From: a virus
Lineage: Duplodnaviria; Caudoviricetes
Length of the DNA: 24,199 nt
Virus record (IMG/VR): IMGVR_UViG_3300021598_000365
Coordinates: 1-24,199 of that record
Reading direction: 5' to 3' (one strand)
Shown here: positions 7,074-15,566 of the stretch, in pieces
Layout: every line of letters begins with the position of its first letter
Position numbering within the stretch: the stretch's first letter is position 1
The notes under the pieces: model-generated
Database searches by the model: none
What the model was told of the DNA's origin: nothing
What the model saw: only the letters and a program-made list of their open reading frames with translations
Program-made: the position numbers and the translations under genes

Positions 7074-7158
7074 CATGGGTAGTCTCTGGCGGGGTTTCCC
7101 ATAGCATCCTCTTGGGTGGGTGTGCCAAAGCCCTCGGATTGTCTTCCGGGGGCTTTGT
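7074..7158 (+). ncRNA. Candidate trans-acting small RNA (~85 nt) with anti-SD seed
   Basis: Lies between a promoter and a terminator-like hairpin. It has a 5' hairpin (7075-7102) and a seed (7100-7124) complementary to 2019-2042. G-U pairs favour the + strand. Ends are approximate. Confidence 0.65.
7126..7157 (+). terminator. Intrinsic terminator-like hairpin between convergent arms, possibly bidirectional
   Basis: CAAAGCCCTCGGA-TTGTCT-TCCGGGGGCTTTG forms a 13-bp stem with one G-U on the + strand. The U tracts are short (3 nt) on both strands. Confidence 0.7.
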
Positions 7159-7182
7159 GCTACCTACCACTGCCAAGTGCCG

Positions 7183-7662
7183 TTAGATCGCGTTGACGGC
7201 CTTCCAGACGGCTTCCACGCCCCCAGTCTCTAGGAGCTTGGCGGCACTCGGGGATGGGCTCCGACGCATCGGGGCACCCCACTGAATGTGCGGGTAGTCG
7301 CGGAACGTCCAGTCACCACCCCAGACCAATCCCTGCGCTTTGGCGGCGGCTCCGAGCTGCTGCCACCACTGCATCGGAGCCTCCCAGCCCTTCGCCTGGT
7401 GGATGATGTCCGCCGCCAGCCCGTAGTGGTGCCAGGTGTCCAGCGCGGTTTCGCTGTGGGTGACGATGCCACGCCCGTCGTCATACTGCCGCCCAAAGCC
7501 ATAGAGATACCGCTGCCGTGCGTCCGTCCGCAGCGTTTCCGCCACGGTCGCATACGGCACCGCCTCCAGCACCCGTTCGATCTTGGCGCGGAAGGCGGGA
7601 GCCAGTACGTCAAGGCTCTTGACCACCGCCACCGCCCGAGGGAGCGTTCCGCGCTTTGGCAT
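7183..7662 (-). CDS. Endolysin, M15 family metallopeptidase (L-Ala-D-Glu peptidase-like)
   Basis: ETLRT..RQ..LY..GR, IVT, H-x2-GLAAD, GLVWGGDW and D.PHIQ motifs. Confidence 0.92.
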   Translation of the reverse strand: MPKRGTLPRAVAVVKSLDVLAPAFRAKIERVLEAVPYATVAETLRTDARQRYLYGFGRQYDDGRGIVTHSETALDTWHHYGLAADIIHQAKGWEAPMQWWQQLGAAAKAQGLVWGGDWTFRDYPHIQWGAPMRRSPSPSAAKLLETGGVEAVWKAVNAI

Positions 7663-8700
7663 TTACTTTGAGCCTTTTGCGTTGCGGTTATTCGCAGCAG
7701 ACATCCCAAGCGTACCAGCAAGTGCGCCCATAAGTCCCGCCTTTCCGACGTTAGCGGGGTCAAACTTTGCGAAGCTGGAGCGCAAGTTCTCTGGCTTTAG
7801 TACCATGTAACTCACATCTCCTGCATGGCCGCTTTTGTACCGCTGTCCGCCTTCGATTGCGTTAACGTAAGGAATAACATCATACCCTTGCTCAAGAAGA
7901 TCTTGCTTCATTAGCTGCTTAGCGGCAAGACGATCTGTTTCTCCAAGTTTCGGGGCGTTCTCTCTAATCCACTCCCCAACGTGCTTCTGGAACTCTCGCT
8001 CTGTCCACGGAGCGCCAGTGGCAGGGTTTAAGTACGGGCGCTCCGCTTTCATCATCAGTGGCATGATTGATGGGGCAAAATCTTCACGGAGAACACCTCC
8101 TTGTGCTGAAGCAGCCGCATTATCTGGCGACCATCCGCGCCGTGTATTTGCTGCTTTCGCGGATTGCATTTGCAACCCGCTTGGCGTGGAAAGCACATGG
8201 ACAGCCCCAGCCCTGTCGTTCGCGCTTTTCTTCGTGCCAACATGGATCGCATTTAAGTCCATCAGCAATCCGTTGGATGGCTTTAGCTCGTCAATAGGGG
8301 TCGTGCGAGAAGTTGCATGATACACAGGCGAACTAAATCCCTGCTCTGCTGCCCGCGCCATACGACTTGGCGTATCCATAGGCAACGACTTCGCACCGCG
8401 CATCGCAGACTTCGCTACATCAGCCACTTCGTCCGCGTACTTCAACGCGCCAGCAAACGGAATTGCTCCGAGTGCTGCCATCCCCGCACCAGCATAGTCT
8501 CTGTCGGCAAGAGCGTTCGCTGTATCAAACAGGCCCATCGGAGTGCTTGTCGCTGGGGCAACACGCAACGCCTCTGGGATGGCCGTTGTTGCCATCTGCA
8601 TGATGGCTTCTAGATCACCAATCCCCTGCCCCTGCCGCGCCGTTTCCGTAGCGTCACGGGGGACAAGCAAACCCTTGAGAGAACGGCGCGGAGGGATCAT
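7663..8700 (-). CDS. Putative ADP-ribosyltransferase effector (ART-PolyVal-like domain) with helical N-terminal region
   Basis: VYHAT, IHVGT..A..R, IMPL...P, GYD.I.Y.N..E and SYMVL.P..LRS.FA.FDP match the motif order of ART domains in phage polyvalent proteins (recognised by eye). Confidence 0.7.
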   Translation of the reverse strand: MIPPRRSLKGLLVPRDATETARQGQGIGDLEAIMQMATTAIPEALRVAPATSTPMGLFDTANALADRDYAGAGMAALGAIPFAGALKYADEVADVAKSAMRGAKSLPMDTPSRMARAAEQGFSSPVYHATSRTTPIDELKPSNGLLMDLNAIHVGTKKSANDRAGAVHVLSTPSGLQMQSAKAANTRRGWSPDNAAASAQGGVLREDFAPSIMPLMMKAERPYLNPATGAPWTEREFQKHVGEWIRENAPKLGETDRLAAKQLMKQDLLEQGYDVIPYVNAIEGGQRYKSGHAGDVSYMVLKPENLRSSFAKFDPANVGKAGLMGALAGTLGMSAANNRNAKGSK

Positions 8701-8706
8701 GAGAGG

Positions 8707-9012
8707 TTAGCCCTTCTTCTGCTTGGCGAAGTGCAGGACGTAGGCCACGGCCGCCGCAAGGATGCCCTTCACCGCGCCAGCGTCCAGCGTGTTGAGGCAG
8801 TTCTCCACGCCATTCGGATCACACGAGACATCCACGCCCGTCACCTGCGCCACGACGGTCAGCAGGACGGCAATGGCCGCGACCGCGAACCGCTTGGCCG
8901 TGATCGGCAGCGCATCGACCGTCTTCGATAGCGCCTTGATGCCCTGCATCAGGACGAAGGTGATCGGGCCGAGGAACAGGGGGAGGGTGGCCGACAGCAA
9001 GAGCTTGTTCAT
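8707..9012 (-). CDS. Putative holin (about three hydrophobic segments, basic C-terminus)
   Basis: Hydrophobic helices, KQKKG tail, located near the endolysin. SD GGAG is 5 nt before ATG 9012. Confidence 0.65.
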   Translation of the reverse strand: MNKLLLSATLPLFLGPITFVLMQGIKALSKTVDALPITAKRFAVAAIAVLLTVVAQVTGVDVSCDPNGVENCLNTLDAGAVKGILAAAVAYVLHFAKQKKG

Positions 9013-9024
9013 CACAACTCCACG

Positions 9025-9312
9025 TTAGGAATGAGAGTCCAGTCGCCCTTCCAGCTTGGCGACTTTGGTGAGGCTTTCCCGCACCAGCGTATAAATGTCG
9101 CTCATGTCTTTCCGCATATCACGCACATCGCGTTCCATCTTCTGCACGGTCGTCTTGAGTACCGCGTAGCTCATCAGCCCCCCGACCACCGCTGAAATAA
9201 TCGGCACTAAGAGCGAAGTCATGGACATCCCAGTAGGGGGAGCGTTCTGGAGGACGGCACTGCTGACACCCAACAGGGCGCTGATCTTGAGGGAGGCTGA
9301 TTCAGTGGTCAT
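9025..9312 (-). CDS. Single-TM plus coiled-coil lysis-associated membrane protein (holin/antiholin-like)
   Basis: LLVPIISAVVGGLMSYAVL transmembrane segment followed by a heptad-like charged helix; first gene of the lysis block. Confidence 0.55.
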   Translation of the reverse strand: MTTESASLKISALLGVSSAVLQNAPPTGMSMTSLLVPIISAVVGGLMSYAVLKTTVQKMERDVRDMRKDMSDIYTLVRESLTKVAKLEGRLDSHS

Positions 9313-9322
9313 AGCCTACTGC

Positions 9323-10708
9323 CTAGCGTGAAGCGCCGATTGATGTGCCAGCGCGTTGTGCCATGCGCTGACCGAACGATCCGCCGCCTAGCCGTGCCGC
9401 AATGTCGGCAATGTCCCCTACACCACGGGGACCACCAGTCAGCAGTGTGCGAGCGCCCTGCGCTACGGCTCCACGAAGCGTACTTGGCATAGCCGTATTC
9501 GCTTCACGGATTGACGCGATGAGCGCCTGTGCAGCAGCTTCCCGCTCAGCTTGCGAAACATAGGGACGACTCATGCGCTCTACGAGGACTTCCCCGCCGA
9601 CCTGCTCTGGAGCGCCAGCCCCAGTGCGAAGATATTCGCCAGTCTGTCGTCCACGGGTAATTGCCTTGCCAACATCCATTGCCTCAGCATACCCACGAAT
9701 CCCCTTAGACAGCGGGCTGATATTGGAGTTCCCAATCAACGGCTGTGCGGCTTCATCAATGGCTGACAGGAACGGCGAGAGGATTGTTTTCTTGAAGACT
9801 GGCGACCCAGTAGCCGCCAATTTGCTATACGCTTCTGTCAAAACATTTGGGTCCGTTGCTGGAAGCCCAAGCGACTCGGCGGCTTCCGTAACAGCCTGAC
9901 GCAACGGCTGTGACCGCTCATACAACTTGGCGAGTGCCGGAGTCACTTCAAGCTGGCCGATCTCGCGCCATTGGTTAATGATCTGCCCAGCTTCCTGCGC
10001 TTTGGCGGTCGCCTTAGCCGCCATCTTATCAATGGACTTGCCGAATCGCCCAGCAGCATAGGTGCCAGCCACTTCGCCAAGCCGACCGAATGGCAGAGAA
10101 ATAGCAGCAGATTTCAGGGCTTCGGCCAACGGCGACTCGCCTTCCTCTGCCTGAGATGCCCCACGCGCCCCCTCAATCGCGGCGATCTGCGCTACTGTCT
10201 TCCCAGCTTTCGGCAACACCTTGCTCGCCAACGGAACCGCTGCCCGAGCGAACTGATAGGCTTTCCCAGTTCGTGCAGCAGCGCCAGCCATACCAGGGAT
10301 GCTACTGAGAGCGGCTGCTGGGGCTGAGGCAAAGTATGGAGCAATCTCTCCAGCGAATTCGGCAACGGCAGACTTTCGAGGAGCGGCCTGTCGGTATTCA
10401 CTCATATACTTCGCCAGCTTCTCGGCGTCAGCCTTCCCATCGCCACCAGATAGCGATGACAACGCTCCGACCATCTTCGGATACTGGCCGAACGTAACGG
10501 CGTTCATCGCCTGTCGCGTCATACCGACAACATCTTCTCGGGCAGTGGTGCCAGTGCGCCGGGGAGTCTCCGTCTTCTGAGCAGCAGGTCGTGGCGAAGC
10601 AACAGCCACTTCTGGCGATGAGCCGAACTCTCTGTCCAAATCTTCGGGCTTGTAGCCCATCTCAATCAGCTTCTTCCGCTCGGCGGCGCTAGGGGGTTGC
10701 ATCGCCAT
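9323..10708 (-). CDS. Putative internal virion/DNA ejection protein (461 aa)
   Basis: Ala/Gly-rich and helical; AMNAVTFG...EFAGEIAP pattern typical of podoviral ejection proteins; position in the operon. Confidence 0.6.
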   Translation of the reverse strand: MAMQPPSAAERKKLIEMGYKPEDLDREFGSSPEVAVASPRPAAQKTETPRRTGTTAREDVVGMTRQAMNAVTFGQYPKMVGALSSLSGGDGKADAEKLAKYMSEYRQAAPRKSAVAEFAGEIAPYFASAPAAALSSIPGMAGAAARTGKAYQFARAAVPLASKVLPKAGKTVAQIAAIEGARGASQAEEGESPLAEALKSAAISLPFGRLGEVAGTYAAGRFGKSIDKMAAKATAKAQEAGQIINQWREIGQLEVTPALAKLYERSQPLRQAVTEAAESLGLPATDPNVLTEAYSKLAATGSPVFKKTILSPFLSAIDEAAQPLIGNSNISPLSKGIRGYAEAMDVGKAITRGRQTGEYLRTGAGAPEQVGGEVLVERMSRPYVSQAEREAAAQALIASIREANTAMPSTLRGAVAQGARTLLTGGPRGVGDIADIAARLGGGSFGQRMAQRAGTSIGASR

Positions 10709-10710
10709 CG

Positions 10711-12015
10711 TTACTTTCCTCCAGTGGTGGTTCCCTTACGCAGACGCCGCAGTGCTTCAGCCGCAGACGGCATAGCACCGCCAGTGGCAGGCTGTTGCTT
10801 CCCGCGCATGGCGTCCACACCCTCTCGCACACCAGCAAGAATGTCGTTGCGGAACGTCTGCACTTGTCCAATGGACTCCGCATCTGTGCCAGCAGGACCG
10901 ATGCCAGCTAGCGTCTGCTCCATCTGCATCATCAAGTTGGAGCCACCACGAGGCGTGATTTCACGCACTGCACCAGAAATCCCCTTACCCGCACGGACAT
11001 ACCGAAGAAGCGCTGGATTCGGAGGCATCACACCAGGTATGCCTTTCGCCAACCGATCTTCCGCAACTGCCGACCCCTTCCCACCAGACAACGCAAATCG
11101 CGCTGCCTCAAGTTGGAGTGCGGTAATCTGCGCCTTCCCGTCAAGTACGTCCTTCTCAAAGCGGTCCATGAGCTTTGTGTTTGTTTCCAATAGATTCAGC
11201 GACGACGAAGCGCGAGCCACGCCCATTGCCTGTAGCCCACTCTGAATCTCATTGACACCCTCCGCGTCTTTCCGCTTGTCAGCCAAGTCTTGCCCACGAC
11301 GAGCCGTAGCCGCGCTAATATCTTGCCCACGCTTAGTCGCCGCGACGGATGGGGTTTCCTCCACATCGGCATACTTCGCTTCAAGCGCTACGATACGCGC
11401 TGCTCGCTTTGGTTCAATGCCAGACGCAACAAGAAAGTCAACCTTGGCCTTGTTCGCTGCTGCATCTGCCTCAGCCTTGAGTCGTGCATCTTGCGCGGAG
11501 AGCGCTCGCTTGCCTTGCTCAATTCGCATCAAGGCATTGTACTCGCGCTGCGATTTCTCCTCCTCTGTCTCAGGCGGACGGAAGCCGAGCGTCCCAATGC
11601 CCTTGATTGTCGCTCGCGTTTCAGGGCTTGCTGGCTGCATCCCCTTCGCTCGCTCAAACTGACTGATCTTTGAGGAGTCTAGCGCCAGCGATACTGGCGA
11701 GGTCAACGGGCTGGTCGGCTGCTCCGCTACGCCAAATCCCCGCTTTTGTGCTGCGCCAAAGGCACGGCCCATCGTCGTGTCGAAGGCTGGCTTCGGCACC
11801 TCGGCGCTAATGTCGCCCACGATGTTCCGTGCCGCCTCATCCGGCGTTTCACGCACGGGGCCGGTCGCTCGGAAGCCCAACTGATTCAGCATTGCCAACT
11901 GCTTAATCTGCCGGTCCTCCTCGTCCTTCTGCGCCTGGAGGTCTTTGGCCTTCTTCGCTTCGTAGCCCTGAAACCCACCAGCCGCGCCACCCAAGAGATA
12001 GTCAAGTAGTGCCAT
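10711..12015 (-). CDS. Putative internal virion/DNA ejection protein (434 aa)
   Basis: N-terminal LLGGAAGGFQGY followed by coiled coils; two RGQD repeats; position in the operon. Confidence 0.6.
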   Translation of the reverse strand: MALLDYLLGGAAGGFQGYEAKKAKDLQAQKDEEDRQIKQLAMLNQLGFRATGPVRETPDEAARNIVGDISAEVPKPAFDTTMGRAFGAAQKRGFGVAEQPTSPLTSPVSLALDSSKISQFERAKGMQPASPETRATIKGIGTLGFRPPETEEEKSQREYNALMRIEQGKRALSAQDARLKAEADAAANKAKVDFLVASGIEPKRAARIVALEAKYADVEETPSVAATKRGQDISAATARRGQDLADKRKDAEGVNEIQSGLQAMGVARASSSLNLLETNTKLMDRFEKDVLDGKAQITALQLEAARFALSGGKGSAVAEDRLAKGIPGVMPPNPALLRYVRAGKGISGAVREITPRGGSNLMMQMEQTLAGIGPAGTDAESIGQVQTFRNDILAGVREGVDAMRGKQQPATGGAMPSAAEALRRLRKGTTTGGK

Positions 12016-12027
12016 CGTGTCCTCTGG

Positions 12028-14730
12028 TTATTCGCCGGTGCGGTAGGCGCGACCCGTATCGTCACGCAACACGCCATTCAGGAGCGTCAACGTCACCCCG
12101 AAGTAGGAGAACTTCTGCCCGTTCGCGTACCCGCTGAGATCGTTCGGGATCTGCGTAATTGCAATCGGCGTGTTCGGGTTCGTCGTGTCAGTCGGACCCC
12201 TCGGATTGGTGGTCGTCGGCGTGGTCGTGGTCGGCGTGGTCGTTGTGGTACGCGTGACGTTCGGACGCGGATACTTCGTCGGGTCCACACCCAGCGAACG
12301 GAGCAGGGACTCCCACGCTTCCACCGGAATCTCCCCAGCGTACATCCCACGGAGGATCTGCGCGATCTGCACCCCCTGGCTCAGGGTCAGCTCGCCCGTG
12401 CGAATCCCTTCCAGGACCTCGGCGCTGCGCTTCTGTTCGTCAAGCTGTGCGCCAGCGATGCGCTCACGGCTTCCCATCTCAGCGTACCCGAGGCCCAACT
12501 GCCCACGCTGGTACTCCGAGGTTGCCATATCACGGGCGCTCTGGAGATCCAACTCCCGCCCACGCAGCGCGGCTTCCTGCTGCAACTGTGCGGCACGGAG
12601 TTCGATGTCCGATTCCGTCTTGGTCAGATCGCTGAGGCCGGTGAAGTACATCTGCTGACGGCGCTGATCCGCCTCGGCTTGCTGCTGCAACAACTCCGCC
12701 TCAAAGCCAGCAATGGCTCGCGCTTGCTGCCCAGCCAGATCACCATAGCGACCGCCGCCAATCGTGGACGCACTCAAGCCACGCCGCGCCAGTTCTTCTT
12801 CCAGCCGTGAGCGTTCGGCCCCATACTGCGCGGCCAGTTCATCGGCCTTCGCCTTCCGCAGCGCCTCGTATGCCTGGCCCTGAATCTCGGACGGACCTTC
12901 CAGCTTGGTCAGTTGCTCCAAAAGCTTCGTGCGAAGATCTCGCGCCGCGTTCGACAGGTTCATCGTCGCGGGAGGTACTGCTCCCGTCGGCGCAGTAGGC
13001 GCAGTGTAGAACGGGGGAAGCGTCGGGATAGGCGTTCTCGGGATCAGCCCACCACCAGCCGTCGCAGGAGTGCCACCACCCGTCACGCCACCGCCCGTGG
13101 GTCCACTGACAGGAGTCCCAGTCGGACCACCCGTGGGGCCACTCGTCGGCGGGAACGGACCAAAGGGACCGGGGACATTGCTGCCCGTGCCCATCGTCGA
13201 TACCCAGCGCCCGTTCTCAAACTTCCAACGGTTCGCTTCCGGCCCACGGGGAATCCATGACCCGGGTTCAATCTCCAGCCAGTTGTCCTTGTCGTAGGAC
13301 CACGGGCCGTTCGGATCGTTCGGCGCAAACGAGGTGGTCGTCGGCGTCTGCTTGAGGACCGGCGTAGTCCCACCCGTGAGGAGATCCACCGCGCCAGCCG
13401 CTCCAGGCGTCCCACCGCCAGTCGGAGCCGTCAGCCCACCGAAGCGGGTGAGGAGGCCGAGGGTGCCCGTCTGCTGCGCTGCGGCAAGATCGTTCGCCAG
13501 ATTGTCATACGCGGCACGACCGCCATACGGCTGGAACCCACGCGCCACTACTTCGTCATACGACAGCTTGCGGAGGCGAGGACCGCCCTCGCTGGCCGGG
13601 ACGAAGGCGTAGTTGTACGGGATCTCACCGACGTTGTTCTGCGCCTTCCACGCCTGTTCTTCGGCGCGAACTTGGATGTCACGCTGGCTCTCAAACCGCA
13701 GCGGCCCTCTAACCGAGGCGATGTAGTTCTTGAGGGCATCCACCGTCATACCAGACTGCTGTGCGAGCGCGAAGTACTGCGACTCATTTGCGGGGATGCC
13801 GTACTGACGGAGGAACATCTCTACCCCGCTGGGGCCAAGCGTTCCTGCACTAAAGCCCTCGGGGAGATTGGCTTGCGTCTGCGCCAGCAGTTCAGGCGGC
13901 GTCAGCGCAGCGTACCCTCTAGGCATCCCATCGTTCGGAGCGCCAGCCCGTGCCTCAACCGTCCACACGCCACCACGCTTCGTCCATGTGACGCCCGTAT
14001 CCGCCACAAACGTTGAGCCGTTCGGGGCAGTGGCAGGAGGCGGATTACCGGGGCCAAAGCGCGGGGCGTTCGCCACCGGCACTTCGACGTTGGAGTAGGT
14101 CGCCGTGTTGGTCGTCCGGTCGATCTGCGGAGTACCCGTGATCCCACCCGTGGCGCTATAGCCCATGCCAGCGGGAGCTGGTGGTACGACGGGAGTGGTC
14201 GGACCAGCACCGCCAGCACCACCGGCACCACCCGCACCGCCAGCACCGCCCGTGTCCTGCCCACCGCCACCGCGCTGCTCCTCCTCAATGTCCTCTGCCG
14301 AGCGAAGCCGCGAGGTAAGAGTGGACAGCATCGGGACCGGAGCCGCTGCACTCGGAGCCATTGCTGCTGCTTGCGGGGCCGCAGTCGGCGCAGCTGGAGC
14401 AGCTGGAGCAGTCGGAGCAGTCGGAGCCATCTCCGGCTGGAACATCGTGGCCGGAGTCGCGGTCTGTCCCAACTGGGCGCTCAGTGCGCCAAGCATCGGG
14501 GGCTGCTCTTGGAACGCCTGTGGCGCTTGCGCCATCTGCGGGGCAGGACGGGCACGGCCCTGCTTCTGGAGGTCGGCAAACGTATCGCCGCCCACCGTCC
14601 CCGGCGCTTGCTGCTGTTCGATCTGACCCGTACCCGCTGTGCCACCACCCGTGCGGGGCTGGGGACGATTGCCAAAGAGCTGCGTCTTTGGGCTGGGGAG
14701 CGAACCAAACGCGGTGTTAAAGGTTGCCAT
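12028..14730 (-). CDS. Large low-complexity internal virion protein (900 aa)
   Basis: Pro/Gly/Thr/Ala-rich N-terminal two thirds; Gln/Ala coiled coil with LARRGLSASTIGG typical of ejection/pilot proteins. Confidence 0.6.
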   Translation of the reverse strand: MATFNTAFGSLPSPKTQLFGNRPQPRTGGGTAGTGQIEQQQAPGTVGGDTFADLQKQGRARPAPQMAQAPQAFQEQPPMLGALSAQLGQTATPATMFQPEMAPTAPTAPAAPAAPTAAPQAAAMAPSAAAPVPMLSTLTSRLRSAEDIEEEQRGGGGQDTGGAGGAGGAGGAGGAGPTTPVVPPAPAGMGYSATGGITGTPQIDRTTNTATYSNVEVPVANAPRFGPGNPPPATAPNGSTFVADTGVTWTKRGGVWTVEARAGAPNDGMPRGYAALTPPELLAQTQANLPEGFSAGTLGPSGVEMFLRQYGIPANESQYFALAQQSGMTVDALKNYIASVRGPLRFESQRDIQVRAEEQAWKAQNNVGEIPYNYAFVPASEGGPRLRKLSYDEVVARGFQPYGGRAAYDNLANDLAAAQQTGTLGLLTRFGGLTAPTGGGTPGAAGAVDLLTGGTTPVLKQTPTTTSFAPNDPNGPWSYDKDNWLEIEPGSWIPRGPEANRWKFENGRWVSTMGTGSNVPGPFGPFPPTSGPTGGPTGTPVSGPTGGGVTGGGTPATAGGGLIPRTPIPTLPPFYTAPTAPTGAVPPATMNLSNAARDLRTKLLEQLTKLEGPSEIQGQAYEALRKAKADELAAQYGAERSRLEEELARRGLSASTIGGGRYGDLAGQQARAIAGFEAELLQQQAEADQRRQQMYFTGLSDLTKTESDIELRAAQLQQEAALRGRELDLQSARDMATSEYQRGQLGLGYAEMGSRERIAGAQLDEQKRSAEVLEGIRTGELTLSQGVQIAQILRGMYAGEIPVEAWESLLRSLGVDPTKYPRPNVTRTTTTTPTTTTPTTTNPRGPTDTTNPNTPIAITQIPNDLSGYANGQKFSYFGVTLTLLNGVLRDDTGRAYRTGE
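14203..14250 (-). repeat. 9-bp imperfect tandem repeat encoding (GGA)n
   Basis: About five NCCNGCACC units on the + strand. Confidence 0.8.
14381..14425 (-). repeat. 9-bp tandem repeat x5 encoding AP(T/A)
   Basis: GCAGTCGGC GCAGCTGGA GCAGCTGGA GCAGTCGGA GCAGTCGGA. Confidence 0.85.
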
Positions 14731-15368
14731 TAGGCACCCCCAAACATGGCACGAACCGCTGCGCGAGCCGCCATCAGTTCGTCTTCACGGCGCTTCCGGT
14801 CGGCTTCCTGCGCGGCGAGGATGTCCGCCTCACGCGTCTTGAGGCCCAGCGTAGCATCGAACTGGCGCTGCGCTTGCTCCATCTTCTCGCGCTCAAAGTC
14901 CATCTGCCGGTTCGCCTGGCGCTCGCCATACAAGCCCTTGGCAATCCCGCCCAGCACTTCGGACGACCCTAGCTTGTTGCCCGTCTTCTGATTGGCAAGG
15001 CTAAACAACTGCTTGGCCCGCTCCGTGAGGGTGCCAGCGCCACCGCTGCCCGTCACCATCGTTTCGGGGCCACCAGTAACGCCCACCTTCATCAGCGCAG
15101 GGGGCAGCGTCTTTGCGCCGGTCAGGAGGCCCTTGACGCCCTGCGTCCCCTTGCCGAGCGCATAGCCCTCAATGCCACCGAGTGCGCCCTGTCCGATATC
15201 AAAGCCAATGCCGCGCTTGCCTTCACGGTCCAACCCACGGAACGCTGCGCCTGTCGCCGCGCCAGCCAACGGACCACCGAGAAGTGACGCGCCAATGGTC
15301 GCCCCCGTGCGGATCAATCCTTTGTTGCGGTCGTACAACCCCGCCAGCCCACCACGCTTTCGTGCCAT
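14730..15368 (-). CDS. Putative small ejection/pilot protein (212 aa)
   Basis: Gly-zipper hydrophobic segment ATIGASLLGGPLAGAATGAA, C-terminal coiled coil, SD GGGAG. Confidence 0.6.
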   Translation of the reverse strand: MARKRGGLAGLYDRNKGLIRTGATIGASLLGGPLAGAATGAAFRGLDREGKRGIGFDIGQGALGGIEGYALGKGTQGVKGLLTGAKTLPPALMKVGVTGGPETMVTGSGGAGTLTERAKQLFSLANQKTGNKLGSSEVLGGIAKGLYGERQANRQMDFEREKMEQAQRQFDATLGLKTREADILAAQEADRKRREDELMAARAAVRAMFGGA

Positions 15369-15389
15369 GATCTGAGTCTCCCGTGAAGA

Positions 15390-15566
15390 TTACTTGCGCT
15401 TCATAACGGCGGTGCGAGGCTTGCTCTTTTCCGGCATCTTGCCGTACGCCTTCTTCGGCGTGGCCTCGATCATCTCTTTCGCAACCTTGCGCGATGGGCC
15501 GTTCTTCACGGTGCCAGCGGCAGCGGCGTACATCAAACGCTGCTGACTACGACTCTTTATAGGCAT
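15390..15566 (-). CDS. Small basic phage protein (58 aa, MPIKSRSQQRLMYAAAAG...KRK); absent from the ORF track
   Basis: Translated by hand. SD AAGGAG, start abuts the upstream TAA, and it fills the gap exactly. The MP.KS..Q.R.M.A pattern is common in phage late regions. Confidence 0.8.
   Translation of the reverse strand: MPIKSRSQQRLMYAAAAGTVKNGPSRKVAKEMIEATPKKAYGKMPEKSKPRTAVMKRK

Noticed and set aside
6893-7102. 69-aa minus-strand ORF with an apparent SD (GAGGATGCTATG)
   Set aside because: It is antisense to rusA and lies beyond the terminator-like hairpin for late transcripts. Its SD/ATG is explained as the mirror image of the anti-SD seed. Not fully excluded without ribosome profiling.
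2019-7124. DNA inverted repeats flanking an invertible or transposable replication module
   Set aside because: The match is imperfect at DNA level and relies on G-U pairs. No recombinase, transposase or target duplication is seen, so RNA pairing explains it better.
7065-7182. tRNA or self-cleaving ribozyme in the convergent gap
   Set aside because: No cloverleaf or T-loop, and no hammerhead core (CUGAUGA/GAAA) recognised. An Rfam/Infernal scan would be the formal test.
9010-9015. Lambda S-type dual-start holin/antiholin motif (GTG ATG)
   Set aside because: There is no charged residue between the two starts, and the GTG is only 2 nt from the SD.
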